Below, piece after piece: positions 32,644 to 40,392 of a stretch of DNA of 43,929 nucleotides. The DNA is from a virus (taxonomy: Duplodnaviria; Heunggongvirae; Uroviricota; Caudoviricetes), in IMG/VR virus record IMGVR_UViG_2654588006_000005, positions 1-43,929 of that record, one strand, 5' to 3'. The notes beneath the pieces were generated by a model. The model ran no database searches and was not told where the DNA came from. It was given only the letters and a program-made list of their open reading frames with translations. Made by a program: the position numbers and the translations under genes. Every line of letters begins with the position of its first letter. Within the stretch, counting starts at the first letter, position 1.

Positions 32644-33486
32644 TCAATGAACGGTATCGAGCAGCTTTAACAGCTCAGGGAATCGGGATTCGAAGAAATG
32701 CGGCTGCGTCTCGCGCGGATTTGCAGGACTGGTGATGTTCTTGCCGAACATGCAGCCTTTCGCCGTCAGCGACCAGAATTTTTTGATGTTGTTAATCGCG
32801 GTACGGCTGTATCGTTCGCGTTGTTCAACGATCCCCAGCTTCACCATCTGGTGATATGCCTGATTAGCCGTCAGGCGGATACCATACTGTTTCAGCAGTG
32901 CACTCAGCGACAGCGTGGGGCGACTTGAGCCATCAGGCGCGTCAGCAGGAGCATCAATGGCATAGCGCGGTGCCAGATTCGGTAAGCCAACAGCCTCCTG
33001 AAGCTTCTGACAGGCTCCAAGCACTGATGACTTAGACAGGTTTAATTCCCGGCGCATAAAGTCCAGCAGGATCACGCCAGCCTGCATCTTGTCAGCAGCC
33101 TGCCCGGATAATTTTTCCGGTGTGCTGGTTACCATATCGAAAGTACGGATCACCTTCAGATGGAATGACGGGCTGATCCACATTGCATAGGCATACACCA
33201 GTTCCTTGCAGACATACGTTCCTCCATTCCGCCCTTCTATTTTACTTACTGGTTTACTACCCAAATTTTGGGTAGTTTCATTGAATGAACCGACACCCAA
33301 ATTTTGGGTATCGATCAATTCCTGAACCAGCTCAGTAATCTGTTGGCTGGAAAGAAACTTTCCCGGCTCCTTAGTTCTGGCATTTGCACCAGATACAACA
33401 GCAGCCCGATGCAGATCGTTCAGGCTGTAACGCCCATAAGCATCACGACGAACTTCAATACCATCAATGACCATCAGATTATTCAT
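32644..33486 (-). CDS. KilA-N domain protein (putative antirepressor-like, about 280 aa)
   Basis: N-terminus MNNLMVIDGIEVRRDAYGRYSLNDLHRAAVVSGANARTKEPGKFLSSQQITELVQEL typical of KilA-N domains; start at an internal Met of the track ORF. Confidence 0.6.
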   Translation of the reverse strand: MNNLMVIDGIEVRRDAYGRYSLNDLHRAAVVSGANARTKEPGKFLSSQQITELVQELIDTQNLGVGSFNETTQNLGSKPVSKIEGRNGGTYVCKELVYAYAMWISPSFHLKVIRTFDMVTSTPEKLSGQAADKMQAGVILLDFMRRELNLSKSSVLGACQKLQEAVGLPNLAPRYAIDAPADAPDGSSRPTLSLSALLKQYGIRLTANQAYHQMVKLGIVEQRERYSRTAINNIKKFWSLTAKGCMFGKNITSPANPRETQPHFFESRFPELLKLLDTVH

Positions 33487-33505
33487 ACTTCGTTTCTCCT
33501 CTTGA

Positions 33506-33895
33506 TCAGGCGGCTGCACCCGCCGTTTTCTCGTACTTACTGATAGTGATCTCGACCTTCCCTTCCGGGATAACCGGTCCCCACTCCACCAGCATTCTTT
33601 TCACCTGGCTGTCGTCTTCCCACACACCCGCGTGGGTCAGGGCGTCAAACAGCGCCTTGTTATAGTTGTCCAGATCGCGGATCCGGTTATCCGGAGGAAA
33701 CAACACGATCTCCACTGAAGCAGGTGCCGACGTTGGTTTCGGCAGACGACGTAACTGCTCAACTATTGCTGTGCACGCCGCACTCTGGAATTTTCGCCCC
33801 GCCGCGCTTATCAGGCTCTTACCAGCAAATGCCCCTTTGTTGGGGTGTCGCCAGTAGGTGTTCACGCTGGGTGGAAAAGGCAGAATCAGCTTCAT
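33506..33895 (-). CDS. rusA: Holliday junction resolvase RusA (129 aa)
   Basis: RDLDNYNKALFDALTHAGVWEDDSQV motif matches the RusA catalytic region (E. coli RusA: [26 protein letters not shown]). Confidence 0.85.
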   Translation of the reverse strand: MKLILPFPPSVNTYWRHPNKGAFAGKSLISAAGRKFQSAACTAIVEQLRRLPKPTSAPASVEIVLFPPDNRIRDLDNYNKALFDALTHAGVWEDDSQVKRMLVEWGPVIPEGKVEITISKYEKTAGAAA

Positions 33896-34218
33896 ACTTT
33901 CAGCCCCCTCTCATGTAACCAGTGGGCTGCACGCAGCCTGGCGTTTTCCTCACCAGCAAGCAGTGCGCGGATAATCCCGGCCACCTCGCTGTCGTCGTCC
34001 TTCACCGCGGTATGAAGCGTGATGCCCCGGGCCACGCCACGCTTTATCGTGATGACGCCTTTTTTCTCCAGTGCGCGAAGATGCTCCACCGCTGCATTCA
34101 CTGAACGGTATCCCAGCATGGTAGCCACCTCCTGATTGGTTGGCGGGAAGCCACGTTCTTTCTGGTAAGAAATCAGCATATCCAGCACCTGCTGCTGGCA
34201 TTGAGTTAACGTCGTCAT
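33892..34218 (-). CDS. LexA DNA-binding-domain homolog lacking the S24 peptidase domain (about 108 aa)
   Basis: LTQCQQQVLDMLISYQKERGFPPTNQEVATMLGYRSVNAAVEHLRALEKKGVI aligns with LexA [53 protein letters not shown]; no Ser/Lys autoprotease region follows. Confidence 0.65.
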   Translation of the reverse strand: MTTLTQCQQQVLDMLISYQKERGFPPTNQEVATMLGYRSVNAAVEHLRALEKKGVITIKRGVARGITLHTAVKDDDSEVAGIIRALLAGEENARLRAAHWLHERGLKV

Positions 34219-34706
34219 TAAGCCCCCACGTAATTCCCTGACAGATACCACTCTTCACCCGATACAGCGCGCTTGCTGCTTTTCCGTAAACACCGCTCAC
34301 GACGCGCAAGAAAATTGTTTCGCTCTTGCTGGGAGTGGCTTTCACGGAATGCCGCCATCCACACCGTTGCAGCACGACGGTATAAGCCCCTGGACTCCAG
34401 TTCTTCCGCCTGGCGGGTCAGGCACAAAATCACCCGGGGATCGTTAGTGCCGACATAGAAATTGCGCACAGGTCTGGATTCACGAACTGGTTGCGGTTCC
34501 GGCTCCTGCGGTATCTCAGTCAGCCGCGGGAAATGTCTGCGTGTATCCCCTTCACAACGGTGAGCCACACGCCCACTCTGACGTAACTTGCTTGCTGACT
34601 GCAGAACGCGCTGTCGTGAGTAACCTGCAAAAGCATCCGCAATGTCTCCGGAAGTACACCCCGGATGGGCTTCAATGAATTTCTGAACGTCATTCAAAAG
34701 ACTCAT
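34218..34706 (-). CDS. hypothetical protein (162 aa), translationally coupled to the replication initiator
   Basis: ATGA overlap with the upstream gene stop; N-terminal winged-helix-like segment; function unknown. Confidence 0.5.
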   Translation of the reverse strand: MSLLNDVQKFIEAHPGCTSGDIADAFAGYSRQRVLQSASKLRQSGRVAHRCEGDTRRHFPRLTEIPQEPEPQPVRESRPVRNFYVGTNDPRVILCLTRQAEELESRGLYRRAATVWMAAFRESHSQQERNNFLARRERCLRKSSKRAVSGEEWYLSGNYVGA

Positions 34707-35680
34707 GATCCCCCCCTGAATCCTGCCGGGATCTGGCTGTAGTCCACGTTGTCGTAACTGGCTTTGAAGTACGGGTCTTCGCGTTTTTCGGTGTACGTGC
34801 TGACGGACGGCGATAAGCGCAGGGAAAGCTCATCCCATTTTTCCCGCAGCTTCGACGGGCTGAGCACGTTACGGCACCAGAACGGATCGCGGCTGACGCG
34901 GCTGTACATCTCGCAGATTTGTTTGTGAGTACGACCATCCTGCACACACATCAGGCGAATTTCGTTTGCCCATGCTGTCCAGTTCGGTTCTTTGGGACGA
35001 ACCACCTCGCCGTCACATTCGGCGGCCTGCTCGTACAGGGCGATGATTTTTTTCCAGAGCCACTGTGCGCAGGTCAAATCATCCTGCGTTCCCCACTGGC
35101 GCTTTTTAGGGCTGAATACAACCGCATCAGGATGGCGAGTTAAAAACTCCTGTTCAGCCGTCTGCGTGTCCGGTTGCGAAGCGTCCGGACGAGAAGTTTT
35201 TTTATCTGACGGATCATGTTTTGATTTTACTGACGGATCCCCGCCAGATTCTGACGGGTGAAAACCCGCTTTTTTGCCAGATTTCGACGCATCAAATTTT
35301 GACTGGTCAGATTTTGATGCGTCAGATTTTGACTGGTCAGATTTTGATGCGTCAGATTTTGACGGGTCAGAATCTGACAGTTGAGAAAATGCCGCTGCCT
35401 GAAGCTTCGCAACGTTAAGCTGATAAACATTCGACGCATTGCGGTTACCCTGGCGACGCGCCTTACGCGTTAACCAGCCTTCTGCTTCCAGCCGTGCGAT
35501 AGCCGTTCTGACGGTGCTCATCCCCGCGCCAATCTGGCGGGCAATGGTTTCAATTGATGGCCAGCACACACCTTCGTCATTACTGAAATCAGCCAGGCGG
35601 GCCATAATTGCCACGCTGGATAACTTCATGCCTGACGCAGCGCAACCATCCCATACATAGCCGGTTAATTTAGTGCTCAT
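34703..35680 (-). CDS. replication initiation protein (O-like, iteron-binding; N-terminal wHTH, 325 aa)
   Basis: N-terminal HTH region (WPSIETIARQIGAGMSTVRTAIARLEAEGWL); internal (SKSDA/Q)n linker encoded by tandem iterons; position between the cro-like/cII-like genes and the Nin region. Confidence 0.7.
   Translation of the reverse strand: MSTKLTGYVWDGCAASGMKLSSVAIMARLADFSNDEGVCWPSIETIARQIGAGMSTVRTAIARLEAEGWLTRKARRQGNRNASNVYQLNVAKLQAAAFSQLSDSDPSKSDASKSDQSKSDASKSDQSKFDASKSGKKAGFHPSESGGDPSVKSKHDPSDKKTSRPDASQPDTQTAEQEFLTRHPDAVVFSPKKRQWGTQDDLTCAQWLWKKIIALYEQAAECDGEVVRPKEPNWTAWANEIRLMCVQDGRTHKQICEMYSRVSRDPFWCRNVLSPSKLREKWDELSLRLSPSVSTYTEKREDPYFKASYDNVDYSQIPAGFRGGS
35244..35372. repeat. tandem ~15-bp iterons (about 9 copies): putative replication origin inside the initiator gene
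   Basis: Repeats of YCAGATTTTGAYKSG alternating ...GATGCG / ...GACTGG; same arrangement as ori-lambda inside O; adjacent AT-rich stretch. Confidence 0.6.
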
Positions 35681-35689
35681 GACCGACCT

Positions 35690-36028
35690 CTATTTCCCTG
35701 AATTTACGACGAAACTGTTCGAGCGGGCTGAAGCATTCATGCTCATAGCCTTCGCGGAGGTAGATAACCCGTTGTGTTTCCGGTTCCCAACGAATGACTC
35801 TGACGGGCACTCCGTAGTGATCTTTGAACCAGCGGTTAACTTGTTGCAAAGGACTGTCTCCTTCTGCCGGTTGAAATCACCCACAGCCCACTCTGCAAAG
35901 CTGTGGGTTACAATTTCCCTGTCACCTGGTACATTCACCGCATAGCAATACTCCACCTTCGCTTTTCCACCCGGTACAGGAAGCGCAATCAGTTGCGAGC
36001 GACGGTAGTGTGTTGTTAAACTGTTCAT
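35690..36028 (-). CDS. hypothetical protein (112 aa)
   Basis: GGAGA RBS; ATGA start/stop overlap with the upstream YdaT-like gene; no family recognized. Confidence 0.45.
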   Translation of the reverse strand: MNSLTTHYRRSQLIALPVPGGKAKVEYCYAVNVPGDREIVTHSFAEWAVGDFNRQKETVLCNKLTAGSKITTECPSESFVGNRKHNGLSTSAKAMSMNASARSNSFVVNSGK

Positions 36029-36609
36029 GCGTTAGTTTCTCCACAACCAGAAGCAATCGACGCCACGACGCCCGGAGCTGCACACTCGCGGGCGTTACTC
36101 TTTTCCGGCGCACAAAAAACACGAAATAACAGTGTTAAATGCTCCTGCCACTTCGCCATTACTTGGTAGCTGTTCTCTTCGATTTGCTCACGCTCAGCCT
36201 GGTCAATAACTCCATCAGCAGTTGCCTTGCGTAAGTACTGGGAATGCTTGCCAATCCATTCTATTGACTCCATCAGCCGCTGATTAATGTCACCATTGTC
36301 AATGTCATCAATGTTCACCAGCGGCACAAACACCCCATTACTACGACGCGCTATCGCATCCGTTACATGCCTGGTACCACTGGCATCCTGTAAAACCATG
36401 GCCCACTCAAGTGGAAAAATTTGATCCCCACCGCTACGCAGTCTGTTATGCAATTGATCTTTCGCTGGGGTGATATCATCAGATTTATACAAACCAAGAA
36501 TTTCCGCTGCTTCCTCATAGCCATGAGGTAAATCAGCAATCGTTCTTCGTATTGCTGCCACCAGCCATGCTGGTTGCTTATCAACTTTCCATTCAGGTTC
36601 TTTACCCAC
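36025..36609 (-). CDS. YdaT-like protein (194 aa), cII-position regulator (tentative)
   Basis: Immediately downstream of the Cro/YdaS-like gene, as ydaS-ydaT are arranged in the K-12 Rac prophage; family call from memory. Confidence 0.5.
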   Translation of the reverse strand: MGKEPEWKVDKQPAWLVAAIRRTIADLPHGYEEAAEILGLYKSDDITPAKDQLHNRLRSGGDQIFPLEWAMVLQDASGTRHVTDAIARRSNGVFVPLVNIDDIDNGDINQRLMESIEWIGKHSQYLRKATADGVIDQAEREQIEENSYQVMAKWQEHLTLLFRVFCAPEKSNARECAAPGVVASIASGCGETNA

Positions 36610-36637
36610 GGTTCATTCCTCGTTTCTGTGGTTACGT

Positions 36638-36901
36638 TTACGCAGTTGAACCGCTAACTTTTGAATAGCACTCAGGTAATCCATCATTTGGATTGGGGTA
36701 AATATCAGGACGCAGTTCATGAGGGGTCACGGACCAGTTTCCCAACTCACAAAGTTGTAAAACCCGTTCTGACGGGACTTGATTGTTAATTACCCAATTG
36801 GCGACGGATTGAGTGGACTTAAAACCAAAGCGACGGGCTACTTCAGATAAAGACTTTCCCGCAGCCTTTACTGCTTTCTCTGTGTAGTTTTGAGATGACA
36901 T
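36638..36901 (-). CDS. Cro-like HTH regulator (YdaS family, 87 aa)
   Basis: Divergent from the repressor gene; GKSLSEVARRFGFKSTQSVANWVINNQVP helix-turn-helix; AGGAGA RBS. Confidence 0.7.
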   Translation of the reverse strand: MSSQNYTEKAVKAAGKSLSEVARRFGFKSTQSVANWVINNQVPSERVLQLCELGNWSVTPHELRPDIYPNPNDGLPECYSKVSGSTA

Positions 36902-37007
36902 ACCTTTCTCCTCTGAAATTCAGAGGGATGATGCTACTTAAAATAGCAAATTGCAACTACTTAAAATAGAAATGACTAGCGCGTGTGATGTGAGTAATCT
37001 TCTACCT
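36902..37007. promoter_or_regulatory. immunity control region (oR/pR/pRM equivalent)
   Basis: Divergent intergenic region with two direct copies of CTACTTAAAATAG, a 15-bp palindrome CTCTGAAATTCAGAG over the cro-like RBS, and a 19-bp palindrome CTTCTACCTATGGTAGAAG at the repressor start. Confidence 0.55.
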
Positions 37008-37712
37008 ATGGTAGAAGAACAGAAGTATCCAGATTTCGCCAAGAGACTAAACGAATTGATGACAATCAAAGGAATCTCTGTCACTCAACTCAAAAGTCTT
37101 GTGGGCGTTACATATGAAATGGCTCGTCGATACACAATCGGCGCAGCGAAGCCACGTGTCTCTGTCATGAGTAAACTTGCGTTGGCTCTTGGAGTATCAG
37201 CTTCATATCTAGAATATGGTGTTGGAGATAGAGAGGAATGTAAGGAAATGGCAAGCATCCCCAATCCAACAAAGCCCGATGTATACAGGATAGAAGTTTT
37301 GGATCTTAGCGTTAGCGCAGGACCTGGGACCTATATGCTTTCAGACTATGTTGATGTGCTCTACGCCATTGAGTTCACAACTGAACATGCCCGTTCTCTT
37401 TTCGGAAACCGTTCTCAGAATGATATAAAAGTTATGACGGTAAATGGAGATAGTATGTCCCCAACTCTTGTTTCCGGGGATCGATTGTTTGTCGACATTT
37501 CCGTTCGCCACTTCCAGACTGATGGAGTTTACTCTTTCGTTTACGGTAAGACTTTCCATGTTAAACGTCTACAAATGCAAGGCAACAAACTAGCTGTTCT
37601 TTCGGATAACCCCGCCTATGAGAAATGGTACATTGATGAGAAGTCGCAAGATCAGCTTTATGTTATGGGTAAGGCACTGATTCATGAGTCGATTAAATAT
37701 AATCGACTTTAA
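36972..37712 (+). CDS. CI-like prophage repressor, HTH (XRE) + S24 LexA-like peptidase (about 246 aa)
   Basis: HTH segment ISVTQLKSLVGVTYEMARRYTIG; C-terminal S24 motifs (VNGDSMSPT Ser, downstream KR Lys). Start ambiguous: 36972 (MTSACDV) or 37008 (MVEEQK); probably leaderless. Confidence 0.8.
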   Translation: MTSACDVSNLLPMVEEQKYPDFAKRLNELMTIKGISVTQLKSLVGVTYEMARRYTIGAAKPRVSVMSKLALALGVSASYLEYGVGDREECKEMASIPNPTKPDVYRIEVLDLSVSAGPGTYMLSDYVDVLYAIEFTTEHARSLFGNRSQNDIKVMTVNGDSMSPTLVSGDRLFVDISVRHFQTDGVYSFVYGKTFHVKRLQMQGNKLAVLSDNPAYEKWYIDEKSQDQLYVMGKALIHESIKYNRL

Positions 37713-37946
37713 TTAGGCATCTAGCAATCGTTAAAGCAAACGAGCACAGATGATAAAAGATAAGGATAGAAAATCTTTATACAAATTTTATTTGGCACAT
37801 TGGTCCATAAAAATGGATTAACACTGAGCTGTTACCCTAAGTAAGAAAAGATAAAGACCATATGTTATCTTTGGGTGCGTTACTAACACAAAAAAAACCA
37901 AAATAAAACATAAATAATAGACAATTCTATACAACAGGATACGATA

Positions 37947-39032
37947 ATGATTAATGAACGTACTGAAGCGACAGATGGGGTAGCAGATATGATTTCCACC
38001 AATACAAAATATTTAGTATGGAACAACAAAGGTGGTGTAGGAAAAACTTTTCTTACATATAATCTTGCCGTTGAGTTTGCTATATCTCATCCGGATCAAG
38101 ATGTTGTGGTTATTGACTCATGCCCTCAATCAAACGTTTCAGAAATTATTCTTGGTGGCAATGGTACCGGGGAAGAAAATCTAAATAAATTGCGAGACAG
38201 AAATGTTACAATCGCAGGTTATATCAAGGAGCGTTTTAGCAAATCTCCTTTGTCTCGTTTAGGAAATGAATCTTCTTACTTTGTACGAGCCCATGATGTT
38301 AATACAAAAATGCCAGAGAACTTATATATTCTTCCTGGTGATGTCGATCTTGATATCTGTTCACGCTTAATATCTCACATTGGCTCATCCCCAGTAAAAG
38401 AAGCATGGAAGAAAAGCCGATCTTTGCTGGTAGATCTAATAGCATCTTTTGAAGCCGATAAAAACATTTCTGACAGAGCAAAAACATTTTTTATTGATTG
38501 TAATCCAAGTTTTGCCAGCTACACAGAATTGGGAGTAGTCGCGGCAAATAGAATAATTATCCCTTGCACTGCCGATGCTGCATCAATTCGCGGAATAAAA
38601 AACCTTGTTAAACTTATTTATGGAGTGTCTATTGACAAGTCAGAACAAGATGAAATGTTCTTAGATTTCAACAAAGAAGCAAAGCAAAACCTTATCGAAC
38701 TACCTGAACTACACCTTTTCGTACAAAACCGCTCAAGAACTAATGAAAGTGATGCAGCAAAAGCATTCAAATCACATGCAGAAGAGATCAAAAGAATCAC
38801 GGATGACCTGTTAAATACACATCCTCATCTGTTCACAAATGTGGCTACTTTCGAGAGAGTTCAAAATGTCAAAGATGGTAATACTCTTGCAGCAATAATA
38901 AACCATGAGGGATGCCCTTTAAGTAGGCTGCAGCATAAGAGTTACACTATCTATGGTATGGCGACCCAAGCTAATAGAGCACAAATTGAAGCACTAGAAT
39001 CTGATGTTTCAACAGTAGTCAAGTGTCTGTAA
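37947..39032 (+). CDS. ParA/MinD-family P-loop ATPase (361 aa), AT-rich cargo gene at the rex-equivalent position
   Basis: Deviant Walker A WNNKGGVGKT, Walker A' VIDSCPQSN, Walker B FFIDCNPSF; low-GC gene and flanks; same strand and position (downstream of cI) as lambda rexAB. Confidence 0.75.
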   Translation: MINERTEATDGVADMISTNTKYLVWNNKGGVGKTFLTYNLAVEFAISHPDQDVVVIDSCPQSNVSEIILGGNGTGEENLNKLRDRNVTIAGYIKERFSKSPLSRLGNESSYFVRAHDVNTKMPENLYILPGDVDLDICSRLISHIGSSPVKEAWKKSRSLLVDLIASFEADKNISDRAKTFFIDCNPSFASYTELGVVAANRIIIPCTADAASIRGIKNLVKLIYGVSIDKSEQDEMFLDFNKEAKQNLIELPELHLFVQNRSRTNESDAAKAFKSHAEEIKRITDDLLNTHPHLFTNVATFERVQNVKDGNTLAAIINHEGCPLSRLQHKSYTIYGMATQANRAQIEALESDVSTVVKCL

Positions 39033-39068
39033 TACAATAACCATGATTTAGAACGAACATAATTCTCG

Positions 39069-39091
39069 CCCGACCAACCGGTCGGGTTTTA
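39069..39091 (+). terminator. intrinsic terminator after the ParA-like gene (t-imm equivalent)
   Basis: CCCGACC-AACC-GGTCGGG hairpin followed by TTTTAT, 37 nt past the stop codon. Confidence 0.5.
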
Positions 39092-39294
39092 TACTCGTAG
39101 CCTGCTTAATAACACTGTTCCTGACCCGTTGTATCCATAGTTCCCACTATTTTCCCCCAAATTATTACTATCTAATTAACCTAATAATTAAACCAAAACA
39201 AAAGACACTCGATATTTTCTATACGTAACTACGCCACATCACCCCATCTGTGAAAAACCTTTTAATTCATAACGTTATATAGAAAACTAAAAAT

Positions 39295-39376
39295 TAAATA
39301 CACGCTTCTACTTTTTGTTGTTGATTTTTGCTACTTTTAGTAGCATCATTATCTGAACAAACAACAGACTGTTGTT
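39295..39376 (+). promoter_or_regulatory. candidate oL/pL region with operator-like repeats and a 17-bp perfect palindrome
   Basis: CTACTTTTTG and CTACTTTTAGTAG resemble the CTACTTAAAATAG repeats at oR; AACAACAGACTGTTGTT palindrome at 39360-39376. Confidence 0.35.
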
Positions 39377-39781
39377 AACGAAAGGTTGGTTGTAACACGG
39401 CGTATGGCACATGCGTCGTTAGCGGTCTGGGGACGTTAAAGGGGACAATCCACTCCTTGCTCGGGCAAACAAACCAGGTAGCCGGAATGTGCAAGTCAAT
39501 GAGGATGCTGATAAGACGCCTAACCAGCGTGGCGATTCGGTTTGACGCCTGGGAAGAGACCAGGGTGCAACGATGAGGGCATTTATGGAACCGCGACAAA
39601 GTGTGGTGCCGTAACTGGCTAAGTGCTCTCAGCGTTGTGGTGAATGCGCAGGCTGATGCGCGAAAGACATTGCAGCTATTGCGGAAAAGAGCTGTTCGGC
39701 GGGGCAATTAAACGCCCGTGAGAGTCTGAAATAACCGCAAGCCGGAGATCAGCACCGGTCACCACAACAGCCACTGCTTTG
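39377..39781 (+). other. ORF-free, relatively GC-rich structured early-left leader (candidate ncRNA or RNA-based antitermination element)
   Basis: Stops in all three plus-strand frames (longest ATG-initiated ORF about 29 codons); the only track ORF is a non-protein-like minus-strand ORF; ends at a strong terminator. Confidence 0.35.
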
Positions 39782-39827
39782 GCGGTACCAGTTTGTACCC
39801 TTGCTTCCGGCTGGTACCGCTCTTTTT
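39782..39827 (+). terminator. intrinsic terminator within the early-left leader (tL1-like / attenuator)
   Basis: 10-bp perfect stem GCGGTACCAG / CTGGTACCGC with 19-nt loop followed by TCTTTTT. Confidence 0.55.
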
Positions 39828-39916
39828 ACAAAACAGAGAAGAGCATCACCGGACGACGGGCTCATAACCCAATCCATCCGGGCGGCTGCCACCGCAGGTG
39901 TTCTTCTCTGTTTTGT
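39828..39916 (+). promoter_or_regulatory. long-range inverted repeat (15-bp arms, 59-nt spacer) immediately upstream of the first early-left ORF
   Basis: ACAAAACAGAGAAGA ... TCTTCTCTGTTTTGT enclosing a GC-rich segment; 30-50 nt upstream of the GAGGAG RBS of the yfdP-like ORF. Confidence 0.35.
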
Positions 39917-39964
39917 GGAGAAACTAACCGACCTTACAGGGTCGATATGATGAGGAGCAGCAAA

Positions 39965-40327
39965 ATGGCTAGCGAACGCAGTACTGATGTGCAGGCATTT
40001 ATCGGGGAGCTGGACGGCGGCGTATTTGAAACCAAAATCGGCGCAGTTCTCAGTGAAGTCGCTTCCGGTGTGATGAACACGAAAACCAAAGGTAAGGTCT
40101 CACTCAACCTGGAAATCGAACCATTTGATGAGAACCGTGTGAAAATCAAACACAAACTCTCATATGTTCGCCCGACTAACCGCGGGAAAATTTCCGAAGA
40201 AGACACCACCGAAACGCCGATGTATGTCAATCGCGGTGGTCGCCTGACTATTCTGCAGGAAGACCAGGGACAATTACTGACTCTTGCCGGTGAACCTGAC
40301 GGAAAACTCCGCGCAGCAGGTCATTAA
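39965..40327 (+). CDS. hypothetical protein, YfdP-like (120 aa)
   Basis: GAGGAG RBS before MASERSTDVQAFIGELDGG...; 120 aa and position match my recollection of the K-12 CPS-53 yfdP-yfdT cluster; the track ORF starts further upstream but that part overlaps the leader structures. Confidence 0.5.
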   Translation: MASERSTDVQAFIGELDGGVFETKIGAVLSEVASGVMNTKTKGKVSLNLEIEPFDENRVKIKHKLSYVRPTNRGKISEEDTTETPMYVNRGGRLTILQEDQGQLLTLAGEPDGKLRAAGH

Positions 40328-40392
40328 TATCGTTCTTAATTAACTGATTATTTATCTCATCACTGAATATCTTTATATAGTGAGGACTTATT

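Noticed and set aside
35221-35439. Short ORFs on both strands encoding QILTGQILMRQILTGQ-type repeats; also considered as a CRISPR-like repeat array
   Set aside because: These are the tandem iterons of the replication origin inside the initiator gene; the units are directly adjacent with no spacers and there are no cas genes.
36951-36971. Track start (TTG) of the repressor ORF at 36951
   Set aside because: Non-ATG start lying inside the operator repeats; the first ATG (36972) or the MVEEQK ATG (37008) is more plausible, probably leaderless.
39375-39707. 110-aa minus-strand ORF in the early-left leader
   Set aside because: Arg/Cys/His-rich, non-protein-like composition, antisense to the direction of all neighbouring early genes; more likely a chance open frame in a structured noncoding region.
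39821-39837. boxA-like sequence CGCTCTTTTTACAAAAC suggesting an N-type nut site
   Set aside because: It coincides with the U-tract of the preceding terminator hairpin, no boxB-like short GC hairpin with a GAAGA-type loop follows, and no N gene is present.
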